Of a stretch of 64,000 nt of DNA, positions 11,147 to 22,579 are shown piece by piece. Where the stretch lies: assembly GCF_000372725.1 (NCBI RefSeq), contig NW_005202428.1:2283791-2347790 (forward strand), written 5' to 3'. How positions within the stretch are numbered: position 1 is the first letter of the stretch; each line of letters opens with the position of its first letter. The notes below the pieces were generated by a model. The model was not told where the DNA came from. It saw only the letters and a list, made by a program, of their open reading frames with translations, and made no database searches. This stretch comes from Emiliania huxleyi CCMP1516. Taxonomy: Eukaryota. The position numbers and the translations under genes are program-made.

Positions 11147-11959
11147 TGATACACTACGAAAACAGGGCCGCGGGGGGGGCGTTGGGGGCCGCTGGAGGGC
11201 CGCTAGACCCTTCCCGGGCCCCTCCGGGGGGGTCCGGGTGCACCCGGCAGACGGCTGTAGGATTGGTATAAGGAACTCGTATCCGAGTGGTTTAAGGGAA
11301 TGGTGTCGTACAACACCGGGAATGAATGCTGGGGCTCAGCCTCAGCGGGGTGACTGCTCAAGGTGTCACATGAGTCATGACGACGCCTCGAGAGTTGAGG
11401 GAGCTATTACGTGGCAATACTTGGGCGCCTGTTCGGCGCCCAAGGTGCCTAATATTAGGGGTCTGGGTGGCAAAGACGTGCCACTGCACAGGGTGTGGGA
11501 ATATAGGGAGATAGGTAGACTATTCATCACTGTGGGGGGGGGGAGAGTGTGATAATAGGGGTGCTGAAGTGGGGCTGGGTGGAGGTGATTCTCCGGGTCA
11601 GTCTGGAGGTCATTCTCCACCACCTCCTGCGACAGTAGAGGTTGAGCGCAACCACAAAGCTGATGAAATCCTCCGCCGAGTTGATTGGGTGGAGCTCCTG
11701 CGCGAAGGCACTTGCGCCATCCTTGATGTGTTCGAGCTCGTTGAGACCGAGATCGTCGAGCCAGCTCGCCATCGGGGCCCGAAAAAGCAGATCCCAGATA
11801 ACATATCGCGTCACGGCGCAATGTAGAATGTTCTTTCTCTCTGTGATTTCGTGCTCGATACCCCCGGGTTCGGACGGGGGTACACCTGTTCATTGGCCGG
11901 AATGAGCTCATTAGGACGAGGCGGGAGATGTCTTCACACCGCAGAAACCAGACCCACAG

Positions 11960-13101
11960 GTTGTCCCCAGGCGCAGTTATTGTTATGGTGTTATGGCTCT
12001 CGGGGCATAGCAGCCCATAACATGTTATGGGTTGTTATGGGCTGTGAGCCATCCCACCACATCACTACCATGAGCCCTGGATGACCCTATTTTGTGCAGA
12101 CTTGGAGAAACCCGTCCCATACCCTCGTTCTTATGGCCCGAGACGCAAGCGAGGCCACACCGAACTGCTCGCCGCTGGAATTTCGTTTCGCGCGCTGCCG
12201 CGCGCGAGTAAATAAAAACGGACACCTCTACTGTGAGATGGGTAAAAAGGAACAGGTCCCGCGCGCGAGGTTCGGTCGGCATCGATCGCCAAATATTTTC
12301 TCTTTTGCCCTCAAGTTAAATTCAATAACACGCGCTCAGCGGAGCCGCCACTTCCAACGTGCCGAACAGGGGCGCGTTCTGCTGCTTGCTCGGAATCTCG
12401 ACGACGGCTAGCCACATGTCCGAGCCGAGGTCGGATGGCCGGGCACACCAAACGGACATGACGCTCTGAAACATTTTCGGCGTCAACACGTCGCCGACTC
12501 GTCCTTCGATCCCTCGGGAAACGCGTAGATTTGCAGGCCGTTTGACGCGTTGATGGCCCACGCCTCTCGGATGTCAGAGCACACAGCGAGTTGTCCGTGT
12601 GCTCGTCCTCCGCCGACACATAGTTGAAGCCGGGAACCCTCTTGAAGTCGGAGACGCGCAGGTCACGCAGGTCAACCGACGAGGGCTTCTGGCTCTTGAA
12701 CATCTTCATCCGGTAGGCCATGGTTGGCGGGCGCTCCGAAAGAAGAATTTTACAATTTCCGAAAGAAGAATCTTACCCGTGCCCAGTGTTGTGCGAAAGA
12801 AGAATTTACCGGCGAACGCCGGGATACGCGCGGCGGGGCTCCAAAAGAAAAATCCGTGGGACACATAACAGCTGTTATGAGGTTGTTATGCTGGCTGTCA
12901 TAACAACCAGTGGGATGTGTTATGAGTGTTATGAGGTGTTATGAGGTGTTATGAGGTGTCATGGTAGGGTGGGCATAACAGCCATAACAGCGATGGATGT
13001 GTTATGAGGTGTTATGAGGTGTTATGAGGTGTTATGAGCAGCCAGCCATAACAGCCATAACACCTGTTATGGCCGCTCCCATAACCTTGACTGGGGTCAA
13101 C
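11960..13101. mobile_element. Putative TIR element with GTTATG/CATAAC subterminal arrays and 4-bp TSD ACAG
   Basis: Ends GTTGTCCCCAG / CTGGGGTCAAC (1 mismatch); ACAG at 11956-11959 and 13102-13105; dense TGTTATGAGG repeats near the ends. Confidence 0.65.
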
Positions 13102-13435
13102 ACAGGCAGATCCCACGGGAAATCGAGGCGGGTGTCCCAGAAAACAGATCCCCGAGAAAAAACACAGCGCGCGGCAGAAACCGACCGACCCGTGGGGTTT
13201 CGGCTATGGGAAACCGCCATGGGAAACCGCAGCAGAAACCCTATGGGAAACCGAGGTCTGGTGTCTGCTTTATCCAGGAATGCGAAGATCCGGAGGGTTT
13301 ATCGGAGCATCACCCATGCGCCGCAGCGGAACACGAGAACTTTCGCACGACGGTCACACGTACATGCATGTGGCACACATGGCACATGCGCTTGTTCACA
13401 CTCACCGCTTCTGCCGCCGCAACCTCAACAGCCTC

Positions 13436-15199
13436 CTACGCCTGCAGCTTTGCCGCCACCGCCGCCTCGGCCTGCGCCACGGCGCCGTTCTCGGCCTAGT
13501 GGCGGGAGGGCAGTGCTCGCCTCTCGCGTCTCGGACCGGGGGGGCGGCAGAGCAGCTGCCAACGCGAGCGAGGCGGGCGGGGCGGGCGGGGTGGGCGAGG
13601 CGGGCGAGGCGCGGTGTGTGGCGGGGAGGAGAGAGCGCGCCGCGACGATGTTGTCCCCCGCGTGCGGCAGGTCTGCGGCCTGCGCGGACGGCACGCCCTG
13701 CTCGTCCATCTTTGCCGCCGCCGCGCCCTTGGCCTGCGCGATGGCGTCGTTTTGCGCCTGCGTCGCCACAGGCGAGGGCCGCGGCCAGGGCCATCGGCTT
13801 GTGCCTCGGCGTGTACCTCGAGCATGTGCCTCGGGTCGTGTGCCTCGGGTCGTGTCTCGGCGGGGGGGAGTGGGCGGGGGGGAGTGGCACACCAGCGAGG
13901 CGCTGGGGGGGGAGAGGGCGAGTGGTGTGGTGCGGAAGTGCGCGCCGCGACGACGGCGTCTCCGGCGTGAGACATGTCGCCGGTCTGCGCCGCCGGCATC
14001 TTTGCCGCCGCGGCACCCGACATCTGCGTCATCGCGTCGTTCTGGGCCTGTGTGTTCAGAGGGCCTGTGGATCAGAGGGCGGACCCTCTCTCGGCCGTGT
14101 CGAAGGAGAGGCGCCGCGAGGGGCGGCGGCGGCGGCGGCGGCGGCGGCAGAGGCGGAGGCGGAGGTGGAGGCGGCGCAGGCGGCGGCGGAGGAGGCGGCG
14201 GCGGCGGAGGCGGCGGCGGCGGCGGCGGCGGAGGCGGTGGCGGCGGAGGCGGTGGCGGCGGCGGCGGCCGCCGGGGACTGAGCCAGAGCCTGGAGAATGT
14301 CGGCCGCGAGCGAGCGGGTCTCCTCCCCTCGGCCAGACCTCTCCTCCTCTCTCTGCGATCTCTCGCCTTGACGAGAATGTCGCCCGCGTGCGAAGGGTCG
14401 GCCAGCACGTCCTCGACGATGCCGCGCTCCTGTGCGGGAGGTAGGGCTTGCGCGTGTCAGGGACGGCCACGGCAACACGTCTGCCGCTCCGGCGCATAGC
14501 TGCGTCATTGTTGCGAGAGGGCACGCAGGCGCGGGCTCGTCAACCGCAAGGCGCGCCCCGCGCCTCCTTCGGCGCGTTGTAGTCGTTGTACACGTCCACC
14601 GGGTTCTTGACGGAGCCGCCCATTGCCAGGGTGCCATAGTCGTTGGCGGTGGTGAGCGAGAGCGCCGAGAAGCGCTTGGCCGTGTTTTCGACCGGGTTGT
14701 ACCCGCCTCCGGCCGCGCCGGCGGTGGCAAAGTCAGCGACCGTCTGGGCGCCCGCCGCCGAGTACTTTGCGCCGACGATCGCCGACTCGCCGACAAACTG
14801 ATAGAATGGAGCAGGGCCGAACGTCGCGTTGGGCTCGGGTCCTTTGACGTTCGAGCCGCCCAGGTACTCTGACGGAAGGAGGGGTGAGGGTCACGTGAGC
14901 GAGCGAAAGCGGGCGAGGAGGGATGCACGCAGCGAGCAAAACGGGCGGAGGTTCCATGGGCGGCTGGACTCTAAACTGCCCCCGCCCACTGGGCAACAAG
15001 GCTCGAGGCGTCGCGCGCCGCCGTAGTACGTCGAGAGAGGGTCGGAGGCCGTCATCGCCGAAGTCATGTCCGACATCTGCGTCAGCGCGTTGTAGTGGCG
15101 CTGGTGGACGAAGACGCCGAGGACGAAGAGCGCGGCCGTGGTGGCGGCGGCTCCCACGATCAGGCCGGTGCGGCGAGGCGGCTGCTCTGTTGAAATCAT
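13436..15199 (-). CDS. Multi-exon hypothetical type II membrane protein with C-terminal repeats (AQNDA..Q..GAAAAKM...D.(S/P)HAGD..V)
   Basis: ATG 15199, TM segment LIVGAAATTAALFVLGVFV, exon YLGGSNVKGPEPN...YNDYNAPKE, three HAGD repeats, last exon AENGAVAQAEAAVAAKLQA-stop. Confidence 0.6.
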
Positions 15200-15408
15200 G
15201 GCTGGCTGGCGTGTTGGCTGGCGATGTTGGGCGCCTTGGCTCCGCCGACTTTGGGCCGGCGCCAATTGGCGCGCTGGTTTTTTCTTTTTCCGAGCCGAAG
15301 CCGTTTGGCGGTTGCTTGTTCTTGACCCAATTGTTCTTGACCGAATCAGGGGAGTCGAAGTTGGTACGAGAAGAAAAGGAGAAAATTAAAAAGAAAAGAC
15401 CCAGGCCA

Positions 15409-17025
15409 ATGGCTTCTCGCCAAATGGCCCGAGGGGCGAGGCCTCCGCTGCCCCTCTTGCTGCTGCTGTTGCTCCCGGATGGCGGCACCGCCCTGCTGCC
15501 GCTCGGCAGTGGCCGGTGCGCCGGCCCGAGGCACGCTGCGCCGCACTCGCCGCGTGCTGGCGCTGGGCCGCTCGCAATGCAGCCTGCGGCTCGGCGGCGG
15601 CTCCCGCCCATGCCGCTCAAGCTGAGCAGCGGCCGCTCGCCGGCGCCGCGGCTGCGCGGCGCGATGGCGCAGGCGGGCGGCGGCGCCCGTGCCGCCGCCG
15701 CGCCTAGGGGTGGCAAGCGAGTCCGTGCTCTCGTGCTGGTGCTGCTCGTGCTGCAGACGACAGTCATCACGCTGCTGGCGCGCGAGTCACGCATCCCTGT
15801 GGCGGGGCGGCCGATGTACCTCGGCGCCGCCGCCGTCCTCGTGTCGGAGTGCATCAAGCTCCCCGTCTGCCTCGCCGTCATCTCGCGCCAGCTCGGAGGG
15901 CCGCGGCAGATGCTAGCGGACGTGCGGCAGCGGGTGGTGGTGGGGTGGCGGGACACGCTCGCGATGGGGCTTCCGGCGCTGCTGTTCGGCCTCCAGAACA
16001 TGCTCTTCTTCGTCTCCGTCTCCAACCTCTCCGCCACCTCGTACCAGCTCTGGTCCCAGTCCAAGACGCTGACAACGGCTCTCTTCTACGTCCTCTACCT
16101 CGGCGGCGCGCTGCGGCGGCTGCAGTGGCTCTCGCTCTCCCTGCTCTGCGCCGGCGTGGGGCTCGTCCAGGCGTCCGACTCGGTCTCCGCCGCGGCGGGC
16201 GCCGCGTCCGCCGGCCGGCCGCTGCTCGGCATCAGCGCGGTGCTCGCCTCGTCTCTGCTCTCGGGCTTTGCGAACATCGACCGCGAGAAGAAGATGACTA
16301 ATTAACTACTTAGTTAATTAGTTAGTTAATTAGGCTTCGCGAACATCTACCTCGAGAAGAAGATGAAGGCGAGCGAGGCGTCGCTGTGGGTGCGCAACGT
16401 GCAGCTCGCCGTCTTCGGCATCCCGCAGGCCGCCCTCCCCTCCCCTTCGGCCGAGCGCGCGCTCCGAGACAGAGAGCCGCCCAGGCGTCACCGCCGCACG
16501 CTGTGAGCAGGCCCTCTTTGTCCTCTTTGGGCTCGAGAGGGCAGCCCTCGCCGCCTCGGGCCCCTTCGTCGGCTTCACGCCCACCGTCTGGTCCGTCGTC
16601 TGGCTGCGCGCGCTCGGCGGGCTGCTCGTCGCCGCCGTAATCAAGTACGCCGACAACATCGTCAAGACCTACGCCACCGCCGTCGCAATCGTCCTCACGT
16701 GCGAACGCCACGCACGCCACGCACACACGCTGGCGCAGCGCCCTCCTCCGACCCACGCCTTCCGACCCACGGCCCGCCCCTCTCTTCTCGGCCGCTCGCC
16801 GCTCGAACACCCGCCTGGCGCCCGGCGCCCACCCCCGTTCGCCTCGCCCCGCGCAGGTGCGTTGTTTCGTCGGTCCTCGACGGCTCGCGGCCCACGCGCG
16901 CCTTCCTGCAGGGCATGTCGCTCGTGCTCGCATCGGTGCTCCTCTACAACCGGAAGCCGAAGCCTTCGCCGCCGCCGCTCGACGATGGAGAGGCTGCGGC
17001 GCGGCGACAGGCAGGCCGCTTGTGA
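15409..17025 (+). CDS. SLC35A-family nucleotide-sugar (UDP-galactose/CMP-sialic acid type) transporter, about 4 exons
   Basis: Motifs AVLVSECIKL, PALLFGLQN, YQLWSQSKTLTTALF, QWLSL, SGFANIYLEK, SLWVRNVQL, GGLLVAAVIKYADNIVK. Confidence 0.92.
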
Positions 17026-17706
17026 CGTCGCTTTGGGGGGGGGGGGGGAGCCACCGCGAGACGTGAGTTCCGGGAGCTTGGCGGGAGCGAGCGGTGAGCG
17101 TGTTCGGCGTGTCAAGAGAGAGTGACACGGGGCGCGCCGCAGTGCTCCGGTTCTGGTCTTCAGGGACGAAATACGCGAGGGAGCATGTCGCATGCCGTGG
17201 AGGGACGTTGGACTGTGCGGGAGTCGCGAGAGCGAGAGTCAGACTGTTGAGCTGCTGCTGTCCGGTCTCCGGTCTCTGGACGTCTCTAGTCGCATTGCAG
17301 TCTATGGTGTTAGTCTCACGTGTTACATGACGGGAGACGGAAAACGCGAAAGTCCATATCGGACCGTACTCCGTAGGACGGCGGGACGGGGACGCCTCTG
17401 CCCACTGCCCTCTGGCTCTGCCTCTCACGCGTCTCACCACTCCGCCTGGTCCGCCAAAAAAACTGTGCGCCACTTTTTTTCTTTTTTGACCGAGATGTGT
17501 CGATCGGTGTAGCGCCTCTCGCGGGTACGCGCCGCGGCGTCCTCTCGCTCTCTCGCGCCTGTCTCGCGCACACAAGACACATACACACCATCCGCATCGT
17601 AACACGCCGGTATAAAGCTATAAACGCCCGGAACTGAGAGCAAGGCGCGGGGGGCGGGTCAGTGTCGCACCCACCATCAGCACGTCAGAGCAGCATCTAC
17701 AGCAAC

Positions 17707-18682
17707 TCAGACATCCAACCGACGCGATCGATCTTCACCACTGTAACGTCTCCGTCTCCGCTCGCCCGGCCCCAGCCGCCTGCCAGCCGCCTCCTCGGCG
17801 AGGTGCGCCTCGAGGAGAGGCACCGCGTGGTCCAAGAGTGTGCGGATCTTGTCGTTGCACAGGCGGCTCCTCTCCCGCGCCAGCATTGCTCGCACCGCCT
17901 CCGTGCTCGCCCACCTCCAGCGCGCAACCTCCGCGTCGAAGCGGAGCCGCGTTTCCGCCCCCTCGGCCAGCCGCACCCAGTACAGCGCAGTCACCTGCAG
18001 GTCGAGCTTCGTGCGGTCCCTCCGCCCCCCGAGCCCGCCGTCGCGCGAGTAGTTGGACCTGCGAGCGCGCACGGATGAAGATTTACAAGATGAGCTCGAT
18101 GGGTCTGTGGTGATAGTCTCCGACGGCGATGACGGGGCTGGCGCGCGCGGCTGCGGCAGGGGTGCGCGTCAGGTGTGGAGGGGTCGGGCCGGCGCACTTG
18201 AAGAGGACCGGCACGCCCAGAGGGCCCAGCGAGGCGATATCGACCACGCCGAGCTCCTCCCTCACAGCCCGGCGGACCGTGGACTCCCACGCCTCGCTCG
18301 GCGCGCTGTGCTCGCCGACGAGGCCCCACGCCGTCGGGCAAGTTACGACCCTATCGCTGCGCTGCAGCAGGAGCAGCTCAGCTGCCGTCGCAGGCCCGCG
18401 TAGAACACCGATCCAGACGCCACGGTGCAGCAGGCCTCGATCGTGCGCCGCGCCGATGGGCACCATTGCGCCAGCATTTGGCGCGAGCGAGTCGGCAGGG
18501 ATCAGCCTGAGATGTGCCACCGCTTCGCTGCCCACCCACTCGCGTACGACGGCACCGCCCGGCAAAGAAAGCTGGTAGAGTTCTACCAGCGGCTCCTGTG
18601 CTCCCTCCCTGCCCACCGCGGAGGCATGAGGATAGGACAAGGAAAGAAGCGGGAGTAAGCACTCCATGCAAGTGCTGCTCAT
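17707..18682 (-). CDS. Nudix hydrolase (IPP-isomerase/YfcD-like), 2 exons
   Basis: AHDRGLLHRGVWI...LLLLQRS...CPTAWG..GEH...RRAVREELGV; GT-AG intron at about 18058-18197; second exon contains FDAEVARWRW. Confidence 0.8.
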
Positions 18683-18782
18683 GCAGCGTCTTCTGATAAA
18701 CGCAGTGGAAGATACAAAGAGACGGAGCAGCAACGAGCGCCCTGCTCGCGTAGCAGCGCGGCGGCGCCGCGGCCTTTCTTTT

Positions 18783-18959
18783 TCAGTGTATGTAGCTCTT
18801 ACGAACATACCCGTAGGTGAACTGCTGACAGGGTTTGCGATGAGGAGCGATCCGAACGTGGTATTCGGGTGATTTTTCAGTGTATGTAGCTCTTACGTAC
18901 ATTCGAGTCTCTGCTGACAGGGTTTGCGATGAGGAGCGACCCGATGATTCGACTTGGAA
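18783..18959. other. Two tandem copies of a ~90-nt structured non-coding element in a divergent intergenic region
   Basis: TTCAGTGTATGTAGCTCTTACG(A/T)ACAT...CTGCTGACAGGGTTTGCGATGAGGAGCGA(T/C)CCGA twice; third, interrupted copy at 49581-50165. Confidence 0.85.
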
Positions 18960-19045
18960 AGGAAAGTTGAGTTTTTCCCGAGTGTTCGCCGACCGAGTCC
19001 CTCCGCGGAGCGCCGCTCCCGCCAGCGCCGCCCCTCCATCGCACG

Positions 19046-21132
19046 ATGTCCCTCTCCCACTGCTCGGAGGTGGTCGTCGGCGGCGGCTGGTCCGGTGTGT
19101 ACTGGGCGTGGCGGCGGCTCGACCAGCCCGGCTACGACGCGTCCGGCCTCTGCCTGCTGGAGGCGAGTGGCCGACTCGGCGGCCGCACCTACTCGGTCCG
19201 GGACCTGGCGCTCGGCGGTCACAATTTCACGCTCGACGTCGGCGCGTACCGCTTCTCTCCCGACATGCACCTGCCGGGCGACGTGATCCTGAAGCTGGCA
19301 CTGCCGACTGCTTGCTACGAGCCCGGCTGCCCGTCGGCCAAGAAGGACATGCCCAAGCCCTTCCAATTCAACTACTCTGCCCCTCTTCGGCGCATCATTG
19401 ACCCGGCGACAGGTCTCCCGGCCGGCTACGCGACCGCACTCGAGGCGATGGCGCGCGAGATCGCCGCTGCCGGAGCAACTGTCACGCTCGGCGCTGAGCT
19501 GGTCGGGATCGAGCCTCGCGGAGGGGCGGCCGATGGGGCGGCTGCGGGCGCGCCCGCGCTGCGCATCAAGTCCGCGGCGGGCGGCGCCACCCGGACCGAG
19601 CGGATCGAGCCTGCTGTCGTCATGCTCAACGTCCCGCGTGCGCGGCTCCTGCCACTGCCCGGCGTCGCCAGCCTTCTCGGCGGGCGCGTCAAGTCGGCGC
19701 TGTCGTGCATCCGATTCGACTCGCCAAAGGGCGCGGGGTGGAAGATTTTTTCGCGCTTCCACTCTGGCAACGGCACCACCGCCCTCTCCAAGGCCTACCT
19801 CGGGTACGAGTCCGCCTGGTGGCGCTCGCCCGCCGTCAACCTCACCGAGGGAGAGTACCCGCAGAACGCTTTCTTCCCCATCGCAACCTCGAAGGGACCA
19901 CGCTGGAGCTGGCGCTGGTCGGACGGCCGTGGTCCGATCCTTCTCTGTACCTTCCTGTAGGCGTCCCCATCGGCGTGCGCTGGTCGGACGGGCCCGTGCG
20001 CTGCGCGGCGGGTGCCGCGGAACGCGGCGCGGCGGGCGGCGCGGAGCGGGAGTGCGCGGGTTTCCTCGAGATCTTCTACTCGGTCTCCAACGAGACGCTC
20101 TTCCGCTCCGTCTCTCGCGCGCCCGTCGACCCGCTCGGCGTCGCCACGCGCGCCACCGCCGGCGCGACCCTCGACTTGGTGCACGAGGCGCTGCTCGAGG
20201 CGATCTCGCCGCTCCTGACCGCGCGCGGAGTCAAGGCGGCGTCGCTGCCGAAGCCGTCCCTCCTCGCGGTGGGCGTCTGGACGCGGCCGGACGCAAAGGA
20301 GCCGCTTGGCCCTCCCGTCGGGTGCGTGGGCAGATGCGGGATAGCCGGTCTCCATGGGGGCCGCCCGGCCATGCACCGCTTGATACGCCGTGTCGACACC
20401 GCACGGCCGCGGAGCCAACGGGTGGGAGAGGTTGTGCATATGGCCACGTCCAGAGTGTATGCCCCCCGGCTTGACCACGCAGGTACACCGCGCCGACAAA
20501 GGTCTACTACGCGCCGGAGGTGTCCGGCTCGCTCGGCGCGGCGTGCGGCGTGTCCGGCCTCAGCGAGGGCGAGTACCGGCTCGCGGCGCTGCAGCCGCTC
20601 GGACCTGGTGCGCCGCTCTACATGGCCAACAATGACTGGGTCGTCTCCGAGACAAGGTACATGTACGGCGATTGGGCGGAGGAGTCGCTGCTGCAGGCGT
20701 TTGCACCCGAGTGCCCCTCGTGCATCTCTCGGCTACATCCCGGCTCCTCCTCGGCTACGTCTCGGCTACATCTCGGCCACAATTCGTTGGGTGCACTCTG
20801 TGTGCACACCTACACTCTGTGTGCCGTGGGGCTCCGGCCGGTCGCACCGGATGCGGAGAGATGCGAGGGATCGCCCCAGCCTCAATCTCTCTCTGCGCTC
20901 ACCGTCTCGCGCTGCTGCTAGGCGGAGCGGGCGCTGCGCGTCGCCGGCCAGCCTCGGCCCGCGTGGCTCGATGCCGACTATTACGAGCAGCGGGTCGCCG
21001 CGGGCCTCGAGGTCGGCCGGAGAGCGAGCTATCGGTTGGATCTCGGCTGGATCTCGGCTGTAGGTCGCATCGGTCCTCGGGGCTGACCGTCGGGCCGCGG
21101 GTCTCGAGCTGACCGGCCTCGCCGCGGCGTGA
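19046..21132 (+). CDS. Flavin-containing amine oxidase / L-amino-acid-oxidase-like protein, multi-exon
   Basis: VVVGGGWSG dinucleotide fold, LLEASGRLGGRTYS, LDVGAYRF, C-terminal GDWAEESLLQAERAL. The 3' end assumes a final intron. Confidence 0.85.
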
Positions 21133-21423
21133 AGGAGGAGAAGGCAGCAAGATAGAGCCGCTCTCTGCTCTCACAGGGGCTTGGAAGTGTGCTTCGTTGC
21201 CGGGCTCTGGGGTGTCCTCGTCAGGAGTCTCTCTCCCGGCTCAGCTCTCTCACGTCTCAGCCCACACTGAGGCCGTGAGACGCTTTTTCCCCAGGCTGAG
21301 ACGCCCACGTGTTGTACTATTGACGCTCTTTGTTTTCTGGTACAAAAATCATGTTCAAATGGCAACGGCGAGAGAGCAGGGCGATGTCACGTCTGCCTCG
21401 GGACAGCATCAAGCCGCCACGCT

Positions 21424-21717
21424 TCAACAGCACGCTTTGAAGGTCGACACGCCCCGAGCAATGCCCCGCCCCTTCTGCTCCTGGGCAGTGAGCGTGCAAG
21501 CGCCGCGCTCTATCGTGAGCGGCGTGAAGGTGGAGCTCCAGGCGCCGTCGCTCTCGGTGATTGTGTCCTCGTTGGTCACAAAGCAGCAGCAGCAGCGCGT
21601 GGTCTGCTTGAGTTGCGTGGCGCTCTCCTCGGCCCACAGCCAGCACAGCCCCGGCGTCGTGTAGGATACCCACCAACCCGCGAGCTCGCTCGCGGTGTAG
21701 CTCGAGGTGGTGGCCAT
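21424..21717 (-). CDS. Small hypothetical Cys/Trp-rich protein
   Basis: Open frame MATTSSYTASELAGWWVSY...TRCCCCF...KACC with coding-like codon usage. Confidence 0.4.
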   Translation of the reverse strand: MATTSSYTASELAGWWVSYTTPGLCWLWAEESATQLKQTTRCCCCFVTNEDTITESDGAWSSTFTPLTIERGACTLTAQEQKGRGIARGVSTFKACC

Positions 21718-21894
21718 CAGCACAGGAAAACACGAGAGGCACGAGAGGCAAGGCACAACAACCCGGGCTGCTCCTGCACCACGGCGAAAAAAGACCCGGG
21801 TTCTCGTCTGGTGTTTATTGGCTCCGAGTAGAGGGGGCGCTCCGCTGCTAGGGGAAACCTGGAGCGCGGACTAACCCTCGGAGACCCGTGTTTA

Positions 21895-22054
21895 GAGCCT
21901 GTTTTTGCCACTTCGTTAGCTCTCCAGGGGTCTCTAATCTTGAAATCCGAGACCTAAATATCAGACCTGCCGGCAAATTTAACGGTTTGCTTGCCACTGC
22001 GTTGCCGGTGATATCGGACCCTCAAGAGCTAACCGAAGTGGCAAAAACTGGCTC
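21895..22054. mobile_element. 160-bp Tourist/PIF-Harbinger-like MITE, TSD TTA
   Basis: TIR GAGCCTGTTTTTGCCACTTCGTTAGCTCT / AGAGCTAACCGAAGTGGCAAAAACTGGCTC; TTA on both sides. Confidence 0.85.
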
Positions 22055-22579
22055 TTACTTTAAGGCCCTTTCCCTGCGAACGCGCACCCCCGGGGCTAGG
22101 GCTCTCTTGCCCGCAACCCGATGCCAATCATCCGGCCCGCTGGGTGCGCTTCTGAGCTCCCCGGCCCTGGATGTGCGGTTACTGATTGCACTCCAAGTGC
22201 TCCAAGTTCTCGACACATCGCGCCGCGAGGTTGTGGAAGAGGCGGTGCGGGCGCGGACACGCTAGGTGGAGGAGGCGGGGAAGCTGGAATGGGACTGACT
22301 GGGGGAGTGAGTGAGCGGTTGCCGAGCCTTGCCTGCCCTCCTGCGTCGCGGACGCGAGGCGGGCGGTGGCGAGGGAGCTCACGGGGCTCACGCACGCAGG
22401 TGGTGAGTTGGCGAAGGGGTGGATGGAGGAGGAAGGGATGGTGGAAGCGGAGGAGGCTGTCCATCCTCGTTGGAAAGTGTGCTTCTGCTTCTCGCTCGAG
22501 AGTGTCCCTTTGTCATGCCGGAATGCATGCGCTGTGTTCTTCTTTCCGTTCTCGGGGGAACGGACTAAAAATTCCCCGG

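Noticed and set aside
18805..18959. Hammerhead ribozyme reading of the structured element (GUA/GUC...CUGCUGA...stem...GAA)
   Set aside because: No helix I between the NUH and the core, the core is CUGCUGA with an extra CA before helix II, and GAAA is not conserved.
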